A stretch of DNA of 64,000 nucleotides from Saprolegnia diclina VS20 (taxonomy: Eukaryota), in assembly GCF_000281045.1 (NCBI RefSeq), contig NW_008246081.1, positions 672,204-736,203 on the forward strand, read 5' to 3'. A program made the translations under genes and the position numbers. This document shows positions 47,601 through 59,117 of this stretch, in pieces. The notes beneath the pieces were generated by a model. That model made no database searches and was not told the origin of the DNA. It saw only the letters and a program-made list of their open reading frames with translations. The stretch's first letter is position 1, and every line of letters starts with the position of its first letter.

Positions 47601-50600
47601 GCGCACACACAATGTCCCATTTCAGGGCTGCAAAGACGGTCCAGTGCAGTCGGCGCGTCGCTCCTTCGAGGCGGAGACTCATGAGCTTGAACTTGTACTT
47701 GGCAATCACATCGAGTACAAAGAGCACGTCGAGTACGTAGTCGACGATAAAGCCGTAGAGGTACGACGGCGGCTGCAAGGACGAGAAGAACGCGAGCCGG
47801 AATGGTACAAGGAACGCATTGTAGAGAAGCGCGAGGACAACGAGCACCGAGAGCACCTTCCGGAAGCGCGATTTTGGGTGGAATCGGCTCGACCGCAGCA
47901 AGTCCTTTTCTTTGGCCGCCGCCGACTTGATCATGAGCTTGAGCGCGGCGCGTTTCCGGCGCGTTGGCGAGTTGCGCTTTGGACTCCCACTGGGCACTAC
48001 ATGGGATGGCTTGTACTTGGCGGGCACCGGCGCTTCACCGTCGTCGTTCGTAGCGTCCTCGGGCATAGGTGCGGTTTGAATACTCAGTGCGATGGCCTCG
48101 GCGTCGTCACCGTGTAAGTGCAGCAGCATGTCGCGCAGCAGCGGGGCCCACTGCCCGGCCGGTGCCAGAATCGCCTCGACGCCCGGCGCACGCAGCAGGA
48201 GCACCTCGCAAAAGAGGTCGTCCGTCTCGTACGAGAACGCGTGCGTCTCCCGGAGTGCCTGCGCGTCCGCCTCTGGCATGCCATGCTGCACAAAGCACTC
48301 GATGCCAAAGGTGCGGAGGCGCAGCGAGCCTTCTTCAAATATCTCGTGGCGCTCGTTCGACGACGCGCGGAAGAGCGTGCCCGTGTTGAGGATGCCGAGC
48401 GCCCCTTCCGGCAAACTCACGGTGGCGTGGGGCATGTACAGCTGCGGCTCCAAGAGAGCGTAGATCTGGCGCATGCCGTCGTCGTTGATGTGGCCAAAGA
48501 ACCACGCTTTGGGGTGGCCGTTGCGGCACATACTGCGCATGATCTCCCAACGCAGAGGTGAGAGGACGCTCAGAATGGCAGTCTCCTTCTCATAATACTC
48601 GTGGTCCCACATAAACTCAAAATACATGAGGACGCGCTCTTTGAGCACCTTTGGGAGCTTGTGTGCAGTGACGAGCCACTTGAACCTACCATATTGAGTT
48701 TGCACATTTGAGTTTGCACTTGGGGTTGTACCCAATCAGTGTCTTTTGCTGCGAGAGCTTGGCCTTGTTGCGCGTCAAGAGCAGCGACGCGACCGACCCG
48801 ACGAGCGCTGGCTTGATGATCGCACCGTAGAGCAGCATGATGGTCGCCACCAAGGTTTCGTACGGGTTGACGGGCACAATATCGCCAAACCCAAGCGTCG
48901 AGCCGCCAATGTACCCAAAGTACATGGACCGGATGATGTACAACCGGTTGTGCGCGTACGTTTGGAAGTAGTAGTCGTCGTTGCCTTGGTCCATCGCGAC
49001 CCACGTCGCGCCACCGTACGCGTCGCTCGTGACTTGGGCGACATAGTACCAGAAACACCCGACAATGTACCCCGAGAGCACAAGAATGGAGAGAATACGA
49101 AGGATGCGGCGGGCAAACACGTGGATGTGGAAGCGCGAGAGCAGCATGGCCTCGGCGACCTGAAAGTACTCGATCAAGTGCAAGAAGCGCAGAATCTAGC
49201 GCGTCGTCGTGAGGCACGTGATAGATTGATAGATAGATTGATAGATTGATTGATAGATGGGCGTACCTTGTTGAGGCGGTAGAAGGGGAGATCCCGCATG
49301 CCGCTCACGAGCCCGAGCGCGTCGAGGGGTAAGATCGAGACGGCGTCGACCCAAAACCACCCAGAGCGCAGGAAGAGGTTGCGGATCTTGCGGCGCTCCG
49401 TGACGATCGTTCCATCGTGTTCGACGGCAAAGCGCGTGCAATGGAGGTAGAAGTCGGTCGCAAAGAAGATGTCAAAGCACCAGAAGATGAGGAGGTTGGC
49501 CATGGCTTCGTGGTCGAGGTTCTCAAACCGGTTGTGGGACTGGAAGAACGCACAGTCTCGGGGCACAGCATACACATTGTAGAGCAGTCCGAGAAGCGAG
49601 AGAAGCGTCCAGACACGCCGAAACATCGAGTTGGGCAAGTAGTCGGACGCGTTGAGGCGGCACCGGCGGCGACGACCATTCCGGGCGCTCGAGCTGCTGC
49701 TCTCGTGCTGCATGAGGATGTCGCCCTCTTTCGTCCACATCTCGTCATCGTCGTCGAGACCTTGCACAGCGTGCTCGGTGGCGACGACTTCCCGGAATTT
49801 GCGCGCTGATAAGAACACAAACTCGCTTGGCGCGGTGCAGACGACCGTGAACGGGACGCAGTCGCCCTTCTGGAAGAGCGATTGGTCGCCGAAAAAATCG
49901 CCGGCGCGCAGCGTGCGCAAGACCGCGTCGTCCGACGATCGAAACTCGGCCGCGCCCATGCGCAAGAAGTAGAGGCCGTCGAGCGGCGCGTCGGCCAGTA
50001 GGAGAACGTCGCCGGGCGCCTTGTTGACGTAGACCACTTGCTCGGAGATGGCTTGCCGCAAACTTTTGCTAAAGTGGTGAAAGCGCGGGACGCCGTGCAG
50101 AATCGCCTCCTCTCGTTCGATCTGGAGACGCGACCGGAGCGCGTACGGCAGCGTCGTCTCGAGCTCGGCCCCGGTCGCGTTGAGCTCGGGCACAAACGCG
50201 GCCTTTGCCGCCACGAGCGCGCGGTCTTGGAGCTCGATGGACGCGCCGCGCCATTCGAGGTAGCCGCAGACATCGTCGAGCATCTCTTGCAGCGCCATTT
50301 CGTTCCGATCTGCGTGCTCCATGAGCTTGACCACCGACGCGATCGAGGCGCACGACACAAAGATGCCGATGTAAATGACCTACATCGCCATGTATATCAA
50401 TGTTTCAACATATCAAATTAAAAAATTCAAAATTTTGCCACGTACCATAATCGCATAGATGGTCTCGGGGAAGGTCACGGCCGTCACGTCGCCAAACCCG
50501 ACGGTCGTGAGCATCGTCGCGCCCCAGTAGACCGACCGGAGGTACATGCGCGTCGTCGAGTCGTTGTAAAATTGCTTGTGCAACGACGCATTGATCCACA

Positions 50601-51081
50601 TGTGGTCGTGATGCCGCTCGAGGTACGCGACGTAGAACCAAAAGCAGCCGCACCAGTGCGACGCCATCGGCAAGATGAGGAGGATGTAGAGCGTTCGCCG
50701 CTTCTGCACCGAGAGCCGCCAGAAGTACCCCTCGGCGATGCGCAAGTTGCGCCAGAGCGGGACGATCGCGAGCACATGGTTGAGCCGAAAGAAGCCAAAA
50801 TTGCCTTCGTATCCCGCGAGCGCCACAGCCACGTCAAAGGGCACGAACGCGAGCAGCTCGAGCCACCGGTGGCGGTGCGGCGACCGGCGCAGCAGCTGCA
50901 CGAGAGAGATAAGCAGCATGATTGCATCAAAGGCGTAGTCCAGCACAAGAAGCGCGGGCGGCGTATCGAGGAGCGCGCGGGAACTGATGACGAGCGCGCG
51001 CAGCGGCAGTGTCACGGCGTTGGCGGCGACGGCCGCGACCGAGACGACGCACGTCGCGCCGACCAGCGTCACCTTGGGCAT
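44694..51081 (-). CDS. Four-repeat cyclic-nucleotide-gated (CNGK-like) cation channel, ~2,000 aa
   Basis: Four TM+pore modules each followed by a CNBD-like region; pore motifs TVGFGD, TLGFGD, VVSSGI, TIGLGD; ORF pieces join through four GT-AG introns; start uncertain. Confidence 0.8.
49220..49258. repeat. GATA/GATT microsatellite inside a channel-gene intron
   Basis: gatagattgatagatagattgatagattgattgatagat. Confidence 0.85.
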
Positions 51082-51785
51082 GCTGCTTTCTTGTACGACG
51101 GTTGGTGTTGTTCGTTTCACAACGCGGATTAGTCGATTCGTCGTCGCGACTAACTAAAGATGCTATGCGTTTCACGGGACCATCGTCAACTGGGTGGTCG
51201 AACCACCCTCCGTAGGACGCGGTGCGACTGGGACGAGCCAATTTCAAAGTGTGGACGCTCTTTGCGACTCAATTTTGACACAATACCCTTCTAGTCGCTT
51301 GTAGTTCAAGGACTAAACCTTCTCCACTGCAAAGAATCGATCGACGATGCATTCCTGCAGCAACGCCCCGGGTGTTGACGTCTCAGATCTAGGAGCTCAG
51401 ATCTCAGATCTCGGAGCTGGTCCAACGGCATGCAAATCTTGTCCTCGCATCGGTGTGAGCACTGCTCCTATTAACATAGGACTTGGTGGTTGCTGCCACG
51501 ATTGTAGTTGGAGTCTACCTACTAGAATACACGTCCGTCATGTTTTTTAATCAGTCGATTTTCGAGAGTTTAGGAGAAACAAGGAGACTTCAAGTCACTA
51601 CAAAGCGTCACCGTGCTCGCATGATGCTCTCGTGATGAAGCGCCAACGGAACTGTGCTATGCTGGTTGGACGTGGATTGGCTAAATAAAGTAAAAGCAGC
51701 CCAATGAGCGCCATGTCATTGGATTAAAGTGCGCTTTTTTGTCCAATCCAAATACTTTGCGCACACAAGTACCAACGATCGGGCC

Positions 51786-53740
51786 ATGACCGACTCGACG
51801 CCCGGCGTGCGGCCGGCAGCCCTTACGACTGGCGCCTCCCGCAACGTGCTCATCATCGGTACGCCACGGCGTAGCTTGGAGCTTGGCACGATGCAGCTAC
51901 ATCTCATTAGACGGACAGTACGCTTCGATCGGCGCCCGTGGGCTCGTACGGCAACGGCATTGCAAGCATCGCGTTGGCCTTATGCCACGCGCTTTAGGCC
52001 GGCGGCAAGATCGATTTTAAGCTCCTGCGAAGCACGCTCGAGACGTTAGTCGGCGCCGAGTTTAGCGGTGCCTCCGCGACGATGCTGCAACCCGTGCTGA
52101 CCACTGCTCTCTGGTAGAGTGCTGGTACTTTGACCACGAGCCCATTAGCGCCAAGAGCGCGTACCAGAGCCAGAATCCGTTCATCTCGGCGCTCAAGCTC
52201 GCGCCGCCTCTCGGCCCGCAGGTACGACGACGATGCTGACGACGCTGCATCACAGTGCGTTAGTTTCAAGTAAAAATGTACGCGATGAAAAAGTACAAAT
52301 GCCACTGCCCGAGCTGCGGCCACAGCTTTACGCAGCACGTGCAGAAGGGCGTCGACAACGGGTATACCTCGCGTACGTCCGCGCGTGTAATCTCACATGG
52401 CCGTAGCCTCGCGACCAAGATGCTCTCGCTGGCCTACGAAGACGTACGCCATGCTATTGCGATCTCGGAGGCTTGACAGCTGCGTAGATGGCCGATCGCA
52501 TCGTTCTCTTTGCAGGTAGACGCCATCTACGAGCGCTTGGCCGGAGCCCGTATTAGGGGACGGGGACTTTTATGACACGCTCGACTTGGTCCGGAACGTT
52601 CGCCGAAAAGACCTTTGGGTCGTCGGTGCGTGTGACCCTCTCTTCATTGGTGCGTCATGCCGCAATAGGCTACCGCGACTCGGTCTCGGCCGACCTCCAA
52701 CAGCTGGCGTCCAAGGTCATTTGGATGAACGACCTCCGTAACATCACGCAACAGCCATCCGCAGCATTGGCGCCAGGCCGCGGCGCCCCGGTGCCTTCCA
52801 CGACGCGGCACAGTGTGTACGTGGGTCGACTACCGAGTGCAACGACCGAAGCCCTTTTGCACGAGGCGTTTGAGCACTGCGGCCCGATGCTCTCGATGCG
52901 GCTGCACGCGGCCCGCGGCTTTTGCTTTATCGATTTTCCCACAGACGATGCTGCCGACCTCGCGTGCGAGCTCAACGACACCAAGCTACTCGACCGACGC
53001 ATCGTGGTCAATCACGAGCGACCCAATGGAAAGCAGCGGCCATCGCCATCGCCCGAGACGACGACAACAACGTTGCCCGCAGCAGCGCCGCGCGCATTGT
53101 CCAAGCGCAAGCAGCAGCCAGTGGCGCCCGAGGCACCGACCAGCAAGAAACCAAAGAAATCGAAATCAAAATCGAAATCGGCAAAAGCACCATGCCGCGT
53201 GCTCGTGAATGGTCTCGTGCCAGGGACTACCGAACGTGACGTGCGCGCGCTCTTTGGCCCATTTGGCGCGATCGAGCATGTGGTGCTGGATAGCGGCCAG
53301 CTCCCGGTGCGGTCGTGCTACATCACATTCCGCGACGAAGCGAGCGTAGCCCTGGCCAAGCGCCTCGACGGGTCCCGCCGCCAAGACGTCGTGCTCCGCG
53401 TCGAAACGCCGACCGAAGGCCCAAAGAAGAATCAACCAGGTGCGCTTGCATTGGGTAGCAAGATGGCAAGACACTCATGTGTGTAGGCGAGATCAAGACA
53501 GCAAATCGCATGGTTGACTTGGTCGAAGCAGACTGCGACTCGGATGCGTGGCCCGGTACGTGGCGCCAAAGGATTGCGCGAGGTTGCTATATGGGGTACG
53601 TAGCTGCACGACCAAGAAATGTGCGAGAAACCGCTGCGGCGCGGAACCATGAAGTCATTGACCTCTGCTTCTCGGACGACGACAACAGCGACGATGACGC
53701 TGCGGACGACCAAGACACGGACGACGATAGCGATTTTTAG
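51786..53740 (+). CDS. NYN (LabA/DUF88, PIN-like) domain + 2 RRM protein, copy A (10 exons)
   Basis: Exons 51786-51858, 51911-51945, 51998-52067, 52118-52221, 52264-52361, 52407-52443, 52488-52515, 52557-52625, 52669-53439, 53487-53740 splice in frame: VLIIDGQY, CHCPSCGH, QKGVD, IVLFAGDGDF, VVGYRDSVSADLQQLASKVIWM; RRMs SVYVGRL..RGFCFIDF and VLVNGL..SCYITF. Confidence 0.85.
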
Positions 53741-54132
53741 GACCTTTGCTTTCGAGTGTTCGATGCAAGGGACATATTGCGTTGCGAAGCTACCCTAGCC
53801 CTAGACCGTATGTGTGGGAAAGTTGAGCTGCTAAATGACGTAGAAACACTGGGTGGACACGTGTTCTGAGCCGCAAACACTTGGTATGTAGAGCAGATAC
53901 GACAAAAGTGCTCGACGCTTTTGTCGGCAGTTTTACGGTTGGACGCGTTGGTTGCTACCAGTGGACAAAACTGTCATCAACCGTTGCGATGTAGTGATTG
54001 GCTGAAATCGTACATGCCAACCAATCCACAGCATGGTTGTTGTCAATTGCACCATCATTTTGACCAATCAACGCTTCGGACGTCGTTTCATTGGCTGCGT
54101 CTGGCACAAAGCCCAAGTCAGCGCGACCGACA

Positions 54133-56391
54133 ATGGCCAAGCCCTTCCGCAACGTGCTCTTCATCGGTAGCCGCCGTCGCATGGACCATGCTTCATCCTT
54201 GCCATCTGGTAGATGGAAGCTACGCCGCCAGCGGCGCCCGCGCCCTCGTAGGCCGACGACGACACCACCACCAATGGCCTTCACATGAGCACCATTAGGT
54301 TGGCGGTCCGTTGGACTTTAAGCAGCTGCGAGCCGCGCTAGAGACTCTTGTTGGCGGCGAGTTTAGCGGTACGCCTCTCGTCGCTGCTTCGTGCGAATGA
54401 CAGCGTCTTGTAGAGTGCTGGTACTATGACAACGAGCGCATGGACAACCCGAAGAGCCCGCTTCCGAGCCAGAGCGCCTTTGTCTCGTCGCTCAAGCTCG
54501 CGCCGCCGCTTGGCCCGCAGGTCGTCGCCTGCTTCACTACCGCACACGTCTCTCATGCCAACGACTTGGCTAGTTTCAAGTCCGGTTGTACCCAATGAAG
54601 GCGTGCAAGTGCTTTTGCCCGAGCTGCGGCAATGGCGTTTCCCACCAAGTCGAGAAAGGCGTCGGGAACGGGTACGCTCGTACGCAGAGAGGCAAGGACA
54701 CATGCAAGATCCATCTAGACTGGCGACCAAGATGCTCTCGCTCACGTACGAAGACGTACGTCTGACTCCTCGTAGGCAGGTGGTAAAGCAATGTGTAGAT
54801 GGCGGACCGCGTCGTGCTCTTTGCTGGTGCGACTGCAAGTGACTTTAGTCGACTAGAATGTTTGGCGTTAGGGGACGGCGACTTCTACGATACGCTGGAC
54901 CATGTGCGCAACATTCGCCGAAAAGAGCTTTGGATCGTCGGTGCGTCTTCAGTCGACGACTTACAGCGCTGACGCGACGACGTAGGCTACCGCGCGTCGG
55001 TCGTTCCCGACATCCAGCAGTTCGCGTCCAAGGTCATTTGGATGGAAGACCTTTTGCCCCAGTCTGTCGATGAGAGCAAGATCAGTCCACCCACCCCCAC
55101 CACCACCACGAACACCGTGCCCCACCCTACCCCCGTCCCCAACGAGCCACTACCCCCTCTGCGAATCGTGCCTCCGTCCCAAAGCGGACCACCCGCGCCT
55201 CACTCGCCTCCGCAGCAGTCGCTGCCCAGCACGCGGCGCGACGCCGCACCACTGGGACGCCCTCCGGCTCCGCCTTCCTCGGACCTTGTCCCCCGGCGCT
55301 CCACCTCGCCACATGAAGCGCCTCGCGCTGCCTCGTCCACTACTCCGGGCCTCCTGAGCACCCCTCGCTACGCCATCTCGACGGGCCTCCTCGAGACACC
55401 CCGCACGGCCTCGTCTTCTTCGTCGCCGTCGGGTCTCTTGGAAACGCCCCGGCAGATCACATCAACGAGCATGCCCCCCACCCCCCGGTCCTCGTCCTCC
55501 GACCTCCCCCCTACGTCGCGGCAGTCGTTGCTCGCCGGGCCACTCGAGTCGCCGCGGCAGGCTTTGCCGGCCGGTCCGCTCGAGACGCCTCGCCACGCGC
55601 CGACGTCGCGTCCGCCAAAGTTACCGGCCAACACAGCGGCCGACCCTCGCCGCGCGTACGTCGGTCGCCTCGAACCCAACGTGACCGACCGCGTCCTCCG
55701 CGACCTCTTCAAGTCGAGCGGGCGCATCCTCTCGATTCGCATCCACGAAGGCTTTGCGTTCATCTCGTTTGGGTCGTCGGCCGAAGTGTTTCGCGCCTGT
55801 GAGCTCAACAACTCGCTCGTTGGCGGCCGGCGCATTCTCGTGCAGCCCGAGAAGACGCGCGACGTTGTGCCCAATCTCAAGCGCAAGCAACCGGACGGCC
55901 TCGACGCGCCGCGCAAGCGCCAGCAGCGGTCTCGCCGCGTCTACGTTGGCGGCCTGGCACCGGCGGCGAGCCAGAACGACCTCCGCTCACTCTTCCTGCG
56001 CTTTGGCACGATCGAAGGCATTGAGCTCGACACGGGGCGTCGACACGCCTTCATCACGTACCAGGACGCCGAGAGCGTCACAGCGGCCTTGGCGCTCAAC
56101 GGCAACAACCTCCGCCAGCATCCGCTCCGCGTCCAAATCGCGCGGCCGTACAACGAGCCCCGAGGTAGTAGTACGCTGGAGACGACGACATGTGACATGT
56201 AACGCTGGTCTGTCTAGTCGATGACAACGTTCCCGTCCGAACGGTCTCGGTGCACCCGACGTCCGAGCCTCCCAATGACCAAGCACGTATGTACTCACCA
56301 CCTGTCTCGACCGTGTATCTCCATCGTGACTGTAGACGCACGCACGGTCACTGCTCTCACGAACGACACGGTCCGTTCCTACGACGTCTGA
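54133..56391 (+). CDS. NYN domain + Pro/Ser linker + 2 RRM protein, copy B (11 exons)
   Basis: Exons 54133-54166, 54213-54247, 54299-54368, 54414-54520, 54574-54671, 54719-54755, 54799-54826, 54872-54940, 54986-56164 and two short 3' exons: VLFIDGSY, CFCPSCGN, EKGVG, VVLFAGDGDF; RRMs AYVGRL..GFAFISF and VYVGGL..HAFITY. Confidence 0.85.
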
Positions 56392-56453
56392 GAATGTGAC
56401 CAACCAAAGTCCATTTTGATAAATGATCCGAATGACAATGAGATCGTTTAAAC

Positions 56454-57480
56454 TTAGCGATTTTCCTGAAAACAAGTATAGCCGACGAGGTCGTGGAGCG
56501 GCGCCAAGATGTCCTTGATGTATGCGTACGCAGCGTCGGTCGAGTGGGCGCAAAACCGAATTATCGCTCCGTGGTGGCCCAAGGGGCTAATGGCCGACCG
56601 CACGTCCGACACGTCGCTTTGCGCCAAGCGGCCCGACGGCACGGGCGACTGGTGCGGCGCGAGCTGCTTGCGCGCGCCGTCGGCGAGAAGCTGCGCGACA
56701 AGCGCCATGACGCGCGGCCCGCAGAGCACGAGGGTGCCCATGACATGCATACCACCCATGCGAGTCCGGAGCGGGATCGTCTCGTCTTGCCGGAGCCGCA
56801 CGCGGTCGATCACAAGCGGCGTAGACGGCGCGTTGTCAGCATGCGTCATGTAAATCTCGTTGCAGCTCTCGTAGGTGTCGAAGGCCCAGTGCTCGCCACG
56901 CGCGACGCGGCCGCTCGTGAGCCAGTCCAAGACGACGAGCGTCGCGGTGGCGTCGACCTCAAAGACCTGGCGCTGTACGTACTTGGCATTTTCATAGCAC
57001 GTGACGGGGTCGGGCAAGAGGAGGAATGTCGCGTGCGCGTGCAGCGACACGTGCAACTCTTGCTTCGTACGGTCGTTGGCCCGCGCCGGGTCTGGAATGC
57101 ACTTGAAGACTTTGGTTGTAGCCTGCGTACAGAGCACGGCTAGAGCAAAGGATGCATGCATGAGTGTGGTCACTTCGCACAGTAGAGAACGATGCTACCG
57201 GAGGTCGATGCGTTCGCGACTACGTGGATCTTGGTGTGGTCGCGCGAGACGAGGCCGCCGCCGTAGCCCAAGATGCACTAGAAAAGGTGCATTGGTGAGC
57301 GCACATCGAGGCGAGTCAGCGTACGATGACGTTCGTGTGAAAGCCGAGCGATATCGCGCTCGTGGGCCGAAGAAACTTGAGCGGGTACGCTGCATACTCG
57401 TGCGTCGCCAGCGTCTCGCCTGTCTCGGCCACGTACTCGAACGTGAGCTCGCCATTGTTGCGCTTGTCTGGCGTCGCCAT
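56454..57480 (-). CDS. ureD: Urease accessory protein UreD/UreH
   Basis: YPLKFLRP, GYGGGLVSRD, LCTQATTKVFK, LLPDPVTCYENAKYVQRQ, VLDWLTSGRVARGEHWAFDTYESCN. Confidence 0.9.
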
Positions 57481-58052
57481 CGAAGTGCAATGTGCATTCC
57501 ACCGGATACACGAGTTGTATCCGGATGACACATAAGATCGTCACGAAAGATCGCACAAATGGGCCAATGGACGCCATGCAACAGGACCCTTCCCCACGAG
57601 GAAGTCGATCTCTCCAAGTGTTCCTCTCGGCAGCCAAAGCCATAGGTGTTTAAGATCTTAGTCGAGGACTCGGCTCGAAAATAAGCGTCTCAAGCGTATG
57701 GCCGCCTCCTGTACGGCGCGGGAAGGTAGAGGTCGTAGCTCTTGGTCCGTGTGTGCTCGTCGGTCACGATACTGTCGCGGCATTTTCCACGAAAAGACGC
57801 TCCGGTTTTCCGAAAATAGGCACCCTTTCTACACAACCGCCGCGTGGGTGTTCACCGGTTGAAGATGGCCCCCTCAAGATGGCTCTGAAGCGGCGTCCAA
57901 TCACATGCGCGCTGCCGATTCCTCGCGACGGCGATTGGTGGCTCGTATCCGGATCGTGGGTTTCGCCGGTTAAGTAAAAATACTCGCAAGCCAAAGCGTG
58001 GTGGTTACAGGTTTCATATTCATTGTTTCTCGTTTTCGCCGAGTCGGGTACC

Positions 58053-59117
58053 ATGGGCGGCTGCGCATCCACGGGCGCGGGCAACGACAAGGACATGGCG
58101 AAGTCGCGCGAGCTCGACATGGCCAACGAGGAGGCGCATCGGCAAGAGCAGGAGAAGGTCAAGCTGCTCCTCCTCGGCGCCGGCGAGTCGGGCAAGAGCA
58201 CGATCTTCAAGCAGATGAAGCTCCTATACGGCATGCCGCTCACGGACGAAGAGAAGCGCCATTGCACACCGATCGTATACAACAACCTCGTCACAAGCAT
58301 CAAGATCCTCTGCGACCAGTGCATCGAGCTCCAGCTCAAGGGCGAGGTCAAGGCGACGTCCGACTTTGACGACATCAAGGGCATTTCGGACGAAGCCGAG
58401 GTCACGCCCAAGGTGGGCATGAAGATCAAGAACCTCTGGAACGACCCGGGCATCCAGCTGGTGTGGGCGCGCCGCGCCGAGTTCCAGATCGTCGAGTCGG
58501 TGAAATTCTACTTTCAAGACATTGACCGCATCATGGCCGACGAGTACACGGCGACGCAGCAAGACATGCTGTACGCGCGCGTCCGAACGTCCGGCATTGT
58601 CGAAGAAAAGTACCAGATCGACGGCGCGACCTTTGTCATGTACGACGTCGGCGGGCAGCGTAACGAGCGCAAGAAGTGGATCCACTGCTTTGAAGACGTG
58701 ACCAGTGTCATCTTTGTCGCTGCGCTCTCCGAGTACGACCAGTCGCTCTACGAAGACTCGAGTACGAACCGCATGATCGAGGCGATTACGCTCTTTGACG
58801 AGATCGTCAACAACCGCTTCTTTGGCAACTCGGCCATGATCCTCTTCCTCAACAAGAAGGACCTCTTTGAGGAAAAGATCCGCAAGATCGACATCAAGTC
58901 GGTCGAAGTCTTCAAGGACTTTCAGGGCGGTCTCGGCGACTTTGAGAAAGGCGTCACGTACTTCCTCTCCAAGTTTCTCGAGATGAACCGCCAGCCCGAG
59001 AAGGAGATTTACCACCACGTGACGTGCGCGACCGACTCGCAAAACGTCCAAGTCGTCTTCAACGCGTGCAAAGACATTATTTTGAAGCAGAACATCCGCG
59101 GGTCCGGCTTCATGTAA
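58053..59117 (+). CDS. GPA1: Heterotrimeric G protein alpha subunit
   Basis: Intronless; MGGCAS lipidation site, GAGESGKS, RVRTSG, DVGGQ, FLNKKD, TCAT. Confidence 0.97.
   Translation: MGGCASTGAGNDKDMAKSRELDMANEEAHRQEQEKVKLLLLGAGESGKSTIFKQMKLLYGMPLTDEEKRHCTPIVYNNLVTSIKILCDQCIELQLKGEVKATSDFDDIKGISDEAEVTPKVGMKIKNLWNDPGIQLVWARRAEFQIVESVKFYFQDIDRIMADEYTATQQDMLYARVRTSGIVEEKYQIDGATFVMYDVGGQRNERKKWIHCFEDVTSVIFVAALSEYDQSLYEDSSTNRMIEAITLFDEIVNNRFFGNSAMILFLNKKDLFEEKIRKIDIKSVEVFKDFQGGLGDFEKGVTYFLSKFLEMNRQPEKEIYHHVTCATDSQNVQVVFNACKDIILKQNIRGSGFM

Noticed and set aside
46309..48117. 602-aa plus-strand ORF
   Set aside because: Antisense shadow of the channel gene; no recognisable motifs
51381..51418. Short CTCAGATCT/GGAGCT duplications; also a 15-bp duplication near 63109-63145
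   Set aside because: Two or three copies only; consistent with local slippage, no evidence of function
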